Assembly (NCBI GenBank): GCA_009602735.1 | Contig: WELA01000485.1 | Coordinates: 154,787 to 193,695 of the forward strand | DNA from: Mesotaenium endlicherianum | Lineage: Eukaryota | Direction of reading: 5' to 3' | Length of the DNA stretch: 38,909 bases | In this document: piece after piece, positions 11,601-22,884 of the stretch | Position numbering within the stretch: position 1 is the first letter of the stretch | Layout of the letters: the number at the start of each line of letters is the position of its first letter | Program-made: the position numbers and the translations under genes | The notes under the pieces: model-generated | Databases searched by the model: none | What the model saw: the letters and a program-made list of their open reading frames with translations, nothing else | Told to the model about the DNA's origin: nothing

Positions 11601-14600
11601 TCTCGTTTGGGGCCGGGCGGGGGCCTGGAACCGGTGCGAGGTGACGTGGCTCCATATGCCGGCGCCAGCACCACGGGCAAACGCCAGCTGGCCCAGCGCG
11701 CCTGCGCCGGAGGGGGTTGTGCAGTGTGGAGGGAGCGGGAGTTGCCAAGAAGTGCCAGCTGGCCCTGCATGCCCGCGCCAGGAGGCGCCTCGTGGGCCGG
11801 GACAGGGAATCTCGGTGATAGACGTAAAATCAGAACAAGAGGCCTAGGGCTTTGGGATCGGGGCCTGGCCTCTGACCACGGCTTCGGGTGGAACGTGACA
11901 GCAGGTGGCATCTTGACGTGCGCTTGGGCTGGCGGGGGCGGGCCAGGCGGGCGGGCGGCTGGTGGGGCTTGCGGAACTAGCTTTTGGGTTTCACGTGAAG
12001 ATTGCGAGGGGCTGATTTCTCGCATGTTGGAGGTTGCGGCGGCAATAGGAGACTCAGAAAACAAAGGGCCATGGTGTGTGTGTGGGTTGCCCCGGGGGGA
12101 TGGGGTCTGTTTGGGGGGGGGGTGGCGCTTAATGGGGGCATGTGCGTGTGTGTGTGTGTGTGTGTGTCTGCGTGCGTATGTGGAGGGGATGTGTGTGCGT
12201 GTGGGTGGGTGTGTGCTTCTGCGTGCGCACCCGTCCGAAGAACTTCCGTGCGAGACTCAAGTGGCTGCTTGCAGTTGGCGTGTTGCCCAAACAGTTCAAA
12301 GGAGGCGACCGAAAGAACCTCAGGACCCCCTCCTCCCCCCCCTCCCCCTCCTCCTCCTCCTCCTCCTCCTCTTCTCACTTATGAAGTGCGACTTAGTGGC
12401 GCCCTCTTTTTTTTCCTGAATGCCTTTGTGTCGTCGCTACTCTGTATACTCAGGTGGTGGAGGCGTGGAGGCAGCGGCTGGAGGGGTGGGGCTACACCCC
12501 GCTGGTCTGCAGCGTGGAGGCGGGCGCCGGCGTCACGCCACTTGGCGCAATCCTGCGCACCAACGTATCCGTTGTGGCGGGCCCCAGCGGCGCCGGCAAG
12601 TCCAGCCTTATCAACGCGCTCCGCCTCCTGGCGGAAGAAAACGATGCCACCTCGCACGGCAGCTTCGATGGGCACGCCGCCGTGGCAGGCGGCCACGGCG
12701 GCGACATCTGGCATGCACCGCGTGCAGAGGTGGCGGGTGGCAGTGGCAGCTGCTGCGGCGGCAATGAACAGGACAGGCAAAAGGAGGGCGAGGGGCCGGC
12801 AACAGCTGGCGTGACAGCTGGTGCCTGGGAGTTCAGCAGCGAGGCCAAGTGGGGCGACAGCCACTGGTCCCGAGCTGGGCCTTCTTCGCCAGATCCGAGC
12901 GGAGCAAGCACTCCCGCCAGTTCCGCCCACGGCACACCCGGGCCTCACGATGCCCGCGAGGGCGACACGTGGCACGGTGGCGAGAGCCCGAGAGCCAAAT
13001 CGGAAGAGGGCGAGCCAGGCGCCAACGAGGCCCATGCTGAGCTGGATGCCATTGGAACGTTGTTGCCTCGCCGCACGTCAAACGACGAGGATGAAGGCCC
13101 TAGCCGGGGCGGCAGTGTGGGAGCGCGGCAGATGGCCGCCTCTGCTCTCTCGCCTGCTAAGGACGTACTCGGTAGCTCTGGGGAGCGGCAGGAGGGGGGC
13201 AGCCAAGGGCAGGGGCGGGGAGAGGAGGGGGGTGCAGCGCAGAGAGAGGAGCTGGCGCAGGTGAAGGGTCAGGGGCGGGACGAGCTGGAGGCGCAGGGAG
13301 GGGAAATAGAGGAGGGGCTGAAGCAGGAGGCGGAGAGTCAGGAGGAGGAGCGGGAGGAGGGGCAGGAGGAGGGGGGCACACAGGGGCAAGGGAAAGAGTA
13401 TGCTTGGCGGGGGCAAGGAAGTGAGGAAGGGGGAGGGGGAGAGGAAGGAAGGGAGGAAGCGGGCGGAGAGGAACCGGGCGCCAGCGTGGGAACAAGTGGC
13501 GACAGCGCGGGGCTCGAATTTGAGCAGGTGAAGGTGGGGACCGTGTCGGAGAGGAGCGGGCGCGGGCGGCACACGACGAGGCACGTGACGCTGCTCAGGC
13601 TGCCACACGGCGGCCTGCTGGCGGACTCGCCCGGCTTCAGCCAGCCGTCGCTGACAGCTGTCAGCGCCGCAGACCTCCCGAGCTATTTCCCCGAGGTATT
13701 GTGCTCGCCCGATCCATTTCCTTTCCTCACACGCGCGCGTTGATTCTGTGATGATTGTAGAAGGTTTCTGAATCTCTCAACGTATTTTCAAATAGTATAC
13801 ATCTTGGTTTTCGCTTAATTTAATTATATCTACGTGCACGTACTATTCATATATGCTCGATTATATTAATATGATATATAGATATATATATTTACATGTC
13901 TACATGTGTACATATGCAGATAATTCCTTTGTTATCAAATGTCCATCGTAGCAAGAGCATGTTCGCGTCTCGTTGTGGTGCATACCATACAGTTCGCCCT
14001 CACTCACGCCGACATATCCAACCCAACGTGCACGCCGCCGCCAGCAGTGCGCCACGTCATCAAGCACACATCAGAGCATGCGCCCAAGTGCTCTCATGTG
14101 CATGCACCCGTAACAATCCCGCCTTGTCATCGATGGGGGCGAGGGCTTAGACGTCAGAGGCAGGGCTAGGGTGGTGGGGTGTAGGGCGCAGAGGCCTCTG
14201 TGCACGTCAGGACACCTGGCCTCCATATTCCAGGCTCTGCGTGCCTCAATCTCATTCTACTGCAATGTTCTGCCACGTGGCAACACCGCCCGGGGGGAGG
14301 GAGGGGGGGGGGGGGCGGTGCTACTTGCGACGCCAAAGCGTGTATCGGAGCGTGCATCCTTCTCTTTGTATGGGATTTGGCTGTCCTGCTGTGTAAGCCT
14401 TGTGCCTCAGAGTGGGGTGCTTCTTGCTGAAGCTTCTGTCTGCCATGTGCGTGTGTGTGCTTGTGTGCCCTCTACATGTGCGTGTGTGTGCTTGTGTGTG
14501 TGCACCCGCGCGCGTGTGCGTGCGTGCGTGCTCGCGTGTGTGTGCGTGAGTGTGTGTGCGTGCGTGCGCGCGTGCGTGTGCGTGTGTGTGTGGGTGTGTG

Positions 14601-15633
14601 CGTGCGTGTGCTTGCGTGTGTGTGCCCCCCCGCATGTGCGTGCACACGCTTGTGTGCTTGTCTGACCTCACATGTGCGTGTGCACGTGCCCGTCCTTTTG
14701 CATTTCCATGAGCGCCTGCACGCAACAATCTCCTATTTCGTGATTGTTCTCGATTTTTGCCCCGCTTGGCAGATCCGCCGGCGGCTGGAGGAGAGCGAGG
14801 AGGGGTGCACCTTCTCCAACTGCTGCCACGTGGCGGAGCCCGGATGCGTCGTGGGCTCCGACTGGGACCGCTACCGACACTACGTGCTGCTGCTGGAGGA
14901 GCTCAGGCAGCGCGAGGACGCGGACCTTAAGGCCCTCGGGACGAAACGAGAGAGCGATGTCAGGTGAGGGGCTAGAGCCGAACCCCCGCCATGGCTGCCG
15001 CGGCTGCCCCGCTGCCATTCCGTCGCTGCCCTTGCCCTTGTGCGTTGCGTGCGTTTGTGTGCGAAATGAAAGTATCTGGTTTCTCCTCTTTGAATTGTGG
15101 CCCCCCTTTGGCATTGGGCGTGGCAATCGCGGAGCCTCTCCTCTTCCAAATTGCCTTTTTTGCGTTCTCATCTGAACACTAATTCTTTTGCTTTCGCTTA
15201 TTGGAGTCCAAGGCAAAGGTAGCCGCATGACAATTCTGGGAGCCTCGCCTCTCTGATTTTCATACAAACGTCTGTTTGCCTTATGTTGTTCTATGAAGTC
15301 ATTTTCTTCTCTTGGCTTTCCTCCTTCTTCCAGCCCCCAGTCCAAGGCGCCGGGAGTGACATTTGCAGGGCTTGTCTCCGCCCGGGCTCAAGAGTGTCTG
15401 TACGTCTTGTGTCGTCGCATGACATCCTTCTTCCTCTCTGCTTCTTCAGGTTCAAGACGAAGGCGTCGGGCGTGACGATTGCGGAGCCCCGCCTGGTGAT
15501 GAAAAAGCATCGGCGCGTCTCGAGGCGAAGTAGCCATCAGACGGTCGACGTCGACGAGGACGAGTTTTGGACCGGGAGGGAAGACGGTGCCGTCGCCGAG
15601 GTCGCCGAGGGCTTGATTAGCGGGGGCAGGTAG
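8661..15633 (+). CDS. rsgA: RsgA/YjeQ (EngC) small ribosomal subunit biogenesis GTPase, plant organellar type with a long N-terminal extension
   Basis: Exons 8661-10351 (spanning the N gap 9764-9895), 12454-13695, 14773-14963 and 15450-15633 (TAG), with GT-AG sites and consistent phases 0,0,2. Motifs: QAIGQVVVAQANFMRV and ELLCVVRALLKKMRRRVLVGDRV (OB region), DPPIANVDQ, G4 FNKADL, G1 GPSGAGKSS, G2 SGRGRHTT, G3 DSPGF, and zinc finger CTFSNCCHVAEPGC. The G4-G1-G2-G3 order is the circular permutation diagnostic of RsgA. Start codon 8661 is the first in-frame ATG and is less certain. Confidence 0.93.
10680..10797. repeat. Degenerate ~33-nt tandem repeat, 3-4 copies, in RsgA intron 1
   Basis: Units tgcggggtttattggccagagagacgagaggca / tgtagggtttatgggccagagacacgggaagca / tgcggggctcgtgggtcagtgcaaagggagcca / tgtggggttcaggg. 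Confidence 0.7.
14446..14690. repeat. (GT/GC)n mixed dinucleotide microsatellite in an RsgA intron
   Basis: Long gtgcgtgtgt run. Similar CA/GT/GC tracts occur at 12140-12230, 24085-24380, 26010-26070 and 28800-28920. Confidence 0.85.
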
Positions 15634-16879
15634 CAACATCGTCTGCATATCCCATCAGTGGAGTTCGTGCACTAGTATAGACATTTTTTTTCTCAATAAA
15701 GTTTGACCTGAAATGTAAATAGTGTGCTGCTTTGCTGCCCGAAACTTTTCGTGGTGCCCGAGATAAAATGTTTGCCTATCGGTTCTATGGTACACATCTC
15801 AAACTCTGCACCACTCTTGATGTTTGGGCAAGTAGTAAGAAACATGGACCCTTTGCACTCCAAGAGAGTACACTCATGCAAACCCTCAGCCTCTCGGATG
15901 CATGACTGTGTGTCAATTGATTAAGTAGACCGCTTCACTTCTTCTTTCTGTTGTCACTTTGACCATTAAGGTCAGCACATGTTGTTTCTCACGGTCGGGC
16001 CTCACACAAGTGATAAGTGGCCTCACTAGTCTCTGCAACATGCGAGTTCCCCCCCGGATGGGCACCACATATACTTTGTTTGGTAGAAATGAGGTTCAGA
16101 ATAGTTAATTCACCGCATATAATTAAACCTAAAGACTAAGAGACAAATGAAGAGCATTTTGCTACACTATAAAGCAAAACTTTTGAATTGTCCTGAATCA
16201 GTGAACACAAAACTAAGTTGTTTCGCCCAGCTGCCAGCTGGCTGCCATCAAACCAGTGCAGACATTCAACAACAAATTCTCAATTCAGCGAAGGAACTCG
16301 AGGCTTGCCCAGTACATATTGATTAGGGCATAAGTGGGCAGCATGGTCCAAATCTGCCTCAGCTGCCAAAACAACCATTGGCAAAGATGCGCTAGTCGAT
16401 TGTTGACAAGTCACTTGGAGACCTCAAAAGTAACCTCATATTAAGATATGTATGACAGTTAACACGGATGTAGCATGTGAGTCATGCTCAAATCTTCACC
16501 CTAACCTGTCTGGCTATGTCAAAAGATCGATGTCAATTTTGGAATGCGCTTTTGTCGGGCAGGGCATATCACCACTAGAAACCTCCGAGGGATGGTCGAC
16601 TTCCAAATATGCACGTACACTAATCCTAATGGGGGCCTAGGGTACTCATGGTTAAAATGTAATGCTCTTGTGCTGATGCTAAGCCAGACCGCAAGTTTGA
16701 GAAACAACAATCAAATAATAAATCGTGGGCGTTACCAAAAATGAAGATTAGGAACTGCTAACCTCAAAAAATCTAAGGCGGGCCTTGCGAGCAAAAGTTG
16801 CACATACTAAGTAGCAACACTCCCACTGCCACACCAGGACGTCTAATCTCGGCTTCTCATCACAGACGAATGCGATGCA

Positions 16880-19800
16880 TCACGGTAAACATACGATCTG
16901 GTTGACAAACAAGGACCCCGTGCTACAGCTCAGGGCTCTATTGAATATCTTGAATAGCAGAGCACTCCGTTTGAACTTGTTGTAGATGAGGGACGCGCAC
17001 GTGTCTCCGCGCCGCAGCTTGTATGCTTTCTTACACTGGGGGCCGCCGCTCAATGCGCCTCCAAGGACGCACACCTGCCGTGAGCACAATCAAATCGTGA
17101 TAAGGGTTACAACCAGTTACGGCACTGTAATGCGCATGCGACCTCAACCCGCGCGCTCAATGGTCGGAATAACACGTGCTTGACCCAAAACGGCAACGAG
17201 TCGCGGCAGCATTTGTCCACTGATGCTGACGTTGCTGTTGACGATGACGTGCATGCATGCTTCAACACGCATTGCGCTGGCAGAGGACCGTATCCCTGAG
17301 AGACGATTAGAATACTCTCGTGTCAATTGCGACGGGGGCTCACGCCTCCTCAAATCACACTCGCAACCAGCCACCTTGGAATCTCAAAAGACACATGCAC
17401 TCATCCGCACCTGTTGGCCCGGGAGGGAGGAGGCTCGGCCAGGGAGAAGATTCCCGCAGTAGAGGCCCGGGTTGATTTTGAGAAATTGCAGAGGCTCCAG
17501 CTTATATCTGGCCCAAATCTTTGCGCACGTGTCTCGAGGCTCCACGGGCGCCCACTGCCTGCATACTAGGCTGCTTGGAAAGTCCCCCTCCGAATATTCG
17601 ACGCAGATCTGCATGAAGTGCGCAGCGGGACAGTGCAGGCACTCCCGCGAGCAGCAAGCAAAGCAAAGAGTCCCGAAAGTGAGAACCTCCGACACTCGTA
17701 ACTGGCTCCTTAGCGAATCTCGAGTTCCGTCAAGTGCCTCGTGAGCTCTGTTAAAATGGGCATTGCTCTTTGGCAGTGGACGCTACGGCGACATAGAAGA
17801 GGAAAGAAGAAAAAGAAGAAGAGGAAGAAGAAGAAGGAGAAGAAAGAAAAGGAGAAGGGGAAGAAGAAGAAGAAGACAAAGTCAAGATGAACAGGGACTA
17901 ACGAACAGGGAACATCTCCGCTCACACATCACTTGGCAACCAGAGCTCAGAGTGAGTAGGCGCCTGCAAAGCGGGTGCGAGTGCTGCAAGAGGAAAGAGT
18001 GGAGGACCTGGAGGCACGTTGGAATGAAACTGTAACCCGGGCAATTCCTGGCACACATCTCGAAGGTGAACCCTGACCCTTAACCCTAATTGTAAACCCT
18101 GACTCTACACCTTACTCTTAAGTCGCAACCCTGAAGCCACCACTGTCTTAACCCAGATCCCTAACTCTAAGCCCAAACCCTGACCGCTGCACCCCCAAAC
18201 AGTCGAGAAGAGGCGGAGCAGACACGCAGGGCAGCTGCGCAACGCTAGACTTACTCAACTCTGTAGAATTTCGGACTTCTTATTTAGGGTTCGGGAACGA
18301 GGCTTGTCGGGCTCCTTTGAAAGCGCACAGCTCCGGCGGGGCACCAAGCCGCGGCGTCGACCCGACCGTGTGCGCCCACGTGAAGGACTCCTCGCGCAGC
18401 CGTCGCGCCCGCTCTCGGGATTGAGCGCCGACAGCTCGAGAGAGCAGAAGAGAGACAGAGACGCAGAGGGAAGCCTCGGGGCGCCAGGACCCTTGCTGCA
18501 TCCCTCGCGGTATGCCTCGCGGCACCGGGCTCACGCGCAAAGGTTTAGGTGCAAGGTTCAAGAGTAGAATCGGGTTTTCTGATAAGGGTTGGGGTTACAT
18601 TTTCGATTTAAAATTTTATTACGGTACTGCCGCCCTTGCCGGTTCCCGGGACAATTGCAGCGGGCAGAGAGGGGGGCGGCTGGAGTGCTGCGCACCTGCT
18701 GGCCCGGGAGGAGCCGCGAGCAGTTGAGGCCGGGGTTGATGCCCTCCAGGTCCTTCTTCAGCTGCAGAGCCGCCTTCACAGACGCGCACGTGTCCCCCTG
18801 CTTTACTCCCCCCCCCACCCCCCCACCNNNNNNNNNNNNNNNNNNNNNNNNNNNNNNNNNNNNNNNNNNNNNNNNNNNNNNNNNNNNNNNNNNNNNNNNN
18901 NNNNNNNNNNNNNNNNNNNNNNNNNNNNNNNNNNNNNNNNNNNNNNNNNNNNNNNNNNNNACACACCCGGAGCCAGAAGAGCTTAATCAAGCAGCGTCTC
19001 GCGTCTCGAGCGATGCATGGTGACTGTGGAGCAGCATCTGCCGAAGATGCGGGAGACAATTTGGGCTCTAGGGTTTAGGGTTCGAGGTTTCGGGTTCAGT
19101 TGAGCAAGTTGACAGTGCAAAGGCATGAGGTTGGACTGCAAAGTGCAGAGAGAGAGAGCTAGCTCGCAGCGATGTGGCCGGGCTTGCGAGGGGTTGTCGG
19201 AACGTTTTACACGCGATGCGCGCCAGTGCACGCACCTGCTTGAGGCCCAGAGGCCCAAAAGGCGATGTTTGATTAAACACCAACTTTGAGAATCTTAGGG
19301 GCACGCACGCACGCACGCATCTCCAGCCCCATAGGCCACGCGCGTGCGGCGCAGTGGGCTTTCCAACTCACACACACGAGGAGGCCGAAAGGCACAGGAG
19401 CAACATTTGGCGAGATGTGCACACGTCTGCGCGTCTATACGTCTGACATGTCTGCGAGTGGTGAGTACGACTCAGGAGCGCCGCAAGCAGAGCCCCCCCA
19501 TCCACGCAGCAGCTCTCTCCACCCCCCAAAACACTTTTTCTGAGCTGACTTCCGCCTCAGAAGGGAAGCTCGGGTTTCAAGCTCGTGCTTCCCTCCTTAA
19601 CACGCACCTGGTTGATAGCGTACAGCGTCAGGCAGCCGGGGTTGAGCTTCACAGGCGTCACGTCCAGGCTGGTGTTCGCCCGAAGCGCGTCGCATTTGAG
19701 GCCCTGCGCAGCAGCAGCAGCAGGCCCGCACACGCGGTTGATGCTTGCGCCGCGCGTCGCGTGCGTCGCACGCTTGACGCCGACACAGTCGTACAAAAAG

Positions 19801-20463
19801 TGCGGATTGAATCAGACGCTACATGCGACGCACCATGCGACGCAAGCTGCAGCTCGAATCAGATTACGTGTTAACAGCCGTCGCTTGACTCATTGCACAC
19901 ACGTGGCAGAATTCCCAGCACCCATGGAGTTGAATCCTGAATATTGGATGCTCCCTTAGGTTCTGGATGCATATTCGCGCCCGCATGTGTGCGCGCATTG
20001 AGGAGTGTGCGTGAATACTTGTGCCCTATCATCATCGTGCAACTAGCATACGTACTGCTTGGATGCGTGACAGGCGTGTGCCGCACACACGCTAACCACA
20101 CCTGCTGCGTGCACGACTCGGTCAGCTTGCACCCCCCAGACGCCTGTAGGCCAAAGGCAACGAATCAGGGGGGGAACACAAAGAGAGAGATAGACTTTGA
20201 AGAAATCGAGAGAGGAACCGTACTCTGTTCCTGGCGAGCAACTGCGCGAGCGCGAGGCCGAAGGCGTTGCATGAGGGGAGCTTGAAGGAAGAAGTAGAAT
20301 AAATTCAAAGAAGTCAAGGGAAGCCGTACTTTGTTCCTGGCGAGCAGCTGTGCGAGCGTGAGGCGGAACGTCGTGTGGATGAGGTAGCACGAGTCGCGGG
20401 GCTGCACCGCGTACTTCAGAGTCCTGTAGCTGTGGTCCTTGTTGTAGTTGTCTTCCTCCGCGA
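16880..20463 (-). CDS. Four tandem Cys-containing LysM domains at the C-terminus
   Basis: LysM1 YAVQPRDSCYLIHTTFRLTLAQLLARNK|GLKCDALRANTSLDV; LysM2 CLTLYAINQ|GDTCASVKAALQLKKDLEGINPGLNCSRLLPGQQ|ICV; LysM3 CRQWAPVEPRDTCAKIWARYKLEPLQFLKINPGLYCGNLLPG...GQQ|VCV; LysM4 CKKAYKLRRGDTCASLIYNKF...FNRALSCSTGSLFVNQIVCLP-stop. All internal introns are phase 0. Confidence 0.9.
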
Positions 20464-21232
20464 CTGCGCACGCGCGTTTGCGATGCGCCATCAGGATTCA
20501 GTACAGGAGGAGGTGAAGAAAGGACAGCTGTCAGCACGCGCTCCTCGTGTCCTCATTGGGAGACGCTCCACACACGGTGTCGAGCGCGTGCAATCTTCTT
20601 CTTCCTCCGAAGCAGCAAATCCACCGGCCGCGCATTGTGTGTAGACTGAAGGCCTCACCACATATGGTAGTAGTATTGACGTTAAATAATATTACTCTTA
20701 TAAGCAGAGTAAGATCCTCTGTATACAGACTCATAGCCAGGCCATGCATCATGCAAAGCGGGAACAGTCATTTACAACCTCACACCTCGTGCCACAGCTG
20801 GCTCTTGCAGTCGCATCGCGCTCAACAACATCCGCCAAGCATGGAGCCTCAGCGAAGTAAGGCAGGCTGTGAGTTCTTGTGGAAAGATAGCACCCTTACC
20901 GGGCCCTCGACAGGCCTGCCTGCCTGGATCTGACGGTCAGCAGAGCTCTGAACCCTGAAGAGCATTAAAGGTGCATGCACTTGACGGTGGTGTGGGGGAA
21001 GAGGAGGACGGGAGAGGAATCACGAACCCGGGGTGCACGTGGGAAAGGAGTCGAGTTGGAAGCCCGCGGTGAAGCCAAGAGGGCAGATGCACGTGTACGA
21101 CCCCTTCTTGTCGTTCACGCACGTGCCGAAGCCGCAGGGGTTGGACATGAAGAAGGTGCACGGGTCCGCTGCCAAGGGGAGAGAATGTACGCTCAAACAA
21201 CGGAGACACACACGCATACAAACGCGCGCACA

Positions 21233-21288
<56 letters not shown>

Positions 21289-22848
21289 NNNNNNNNNNNN
21301 NNNNNNNNNNNNNNNNNNNNNNNNNNNNNNNNNNNNNNNNNNNNNNNNNNNNNNNNNNNNNNNNNNNNNNNNNNNNNNNNNNNNNNNNNNNNNNNNNNNN
21401 NNNNNNNNNNNNNNNNNNNNNNNNNNNNNNNNNNNNNNNNNNNNNNNNNNNNNNNNNNNNNNNNNNNNNNNNNNNNNNNNNNNNNNNNNNNNNNNNNNNN
21501 NNNNNNNNNNNNNNNNNNNNNNNNNNNNNNNNNNNNNNNNNNNNNNNNNNNNNNNNNNNNNNNNNNNNNNNNNNNNNNNNNNNNNNNNNNNNNNNNNNNN
21601 NNNNNNNNNNNNNNNNNNNNNNNNNNNNNNNNNNNNNNNNNNNNNNNNNNNNNNNNNNNNNNNNNNNNNNNNNNNNNNNNNNNNNNNNNNNNNNNNNNNN
21701 NNNNNNNNNNNNNNNNNNNNNNNNNNNNNNNNNNNNNNNNNNNNNNNNNNNNNNNNNNNNNNNNNNNNNNNNNNNNNNNNNNNNNNNNNNNNNNNNNNNN
21801 NNNNNNNNNNNNNNNNNNNNNNNNNNGGGGGGGACTGTTCAGTGTCTAGATGTTTGTGGCGCATCAGGTGCAAATGAGTCATGCAGATTACTCTAGGGAG
21901 CGGCAATCAGCAGCGCATGTGAACAATTCTAGCAGTTAAGACTGGCGAAGTTCGCCTTTGGGAGTCCTTGAAGCCCTCCTCCCCTCACGCTAGCTTGTAG
22001 CAGCAAAGCAGAAGTGCTCCAAAATTTTGTCAAGCCCATGTATCTCAAAAGTGCACCAAAGCACTCCACAGCTCCAGCAGGTTGGAAAGAGGCTGAGATG
22101 TCGGGACTTGGAGACTTTGAGACTTGGAACAGAACGGCACCAGAGGGCTGACTTGCTGGAGGGGCCGTCGAAGCGCCTGTCGACCTACTGCACTCGGGTC
22201 TCAGAACAAAGAGAGGGTGGAACGCCCCAACTTCAAGAAGCAAGAAGGGCAATGCATTGCACGGCACACGCTCTGCGTGCACGCAGCTTGCCAAGGACAA
22301 CCAGAAGATCATCCTCATTGGGTTGATGTGGGTCACAAGAAACACCCCAAACGGGGAGGCCTGTCGAGGCATCCAATCTTCCTCGCTCAAAGTCTGCTGA
22401 AATTTCAATCGAGAAAAGTTCCGCACGTCAGCCACTGTCCATAGGTCCCAAGGGTCACGCCCTCGGAAGCGTGCAATGCAGCAGCAGCCAGGAGGAACTG
22501 GCGTGCTCTTCTTGTCTCCGCAAGGACAAGCTCCGCCTACCCCTAACCCTAGCCCTAATCCTAATTTTAACCCTAGGCCTAACCGTAACCCTAGCCCTAA
22601 CCCTAAATCCTAACCCCGAGGGGAACCCGAGCAGCTTAGGGGCCTCACCGGGAGCGCAGGTCTGGGAGGCGTCCGAGTTTGCGACGGGCGTGAAGTGGGG
22701 GGGGCACTCGCACGTGGTGGCGTTGCCCTTCTGAACGCACCTCCCGCCTCCACAGGCGCTCGATGCCTTCCCTCCGCACAGATCCTTCCCTGCAGAACAG
22801 CGCACGCGCGTGCGCACCCCCAAGGGGTTGGGGGGGGGGGGGGGGGGN

Positions 22849-22884
<36 letters not shown>

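Noticed and set aside
15695..15718. AATAAA and TGTAA candidate polyadenylation signals after the RsgA stop
   Set aside because: Short motifs in AT-rich sequence cannot be supported without 3'-end data.
21827..22450. 168-aa minus-strand ORF between the EGF exons as an extra exon or transposon fragment
   Set aside because: No recognisable domain, no convincing phase-1 splice sites and a non-ATG start.
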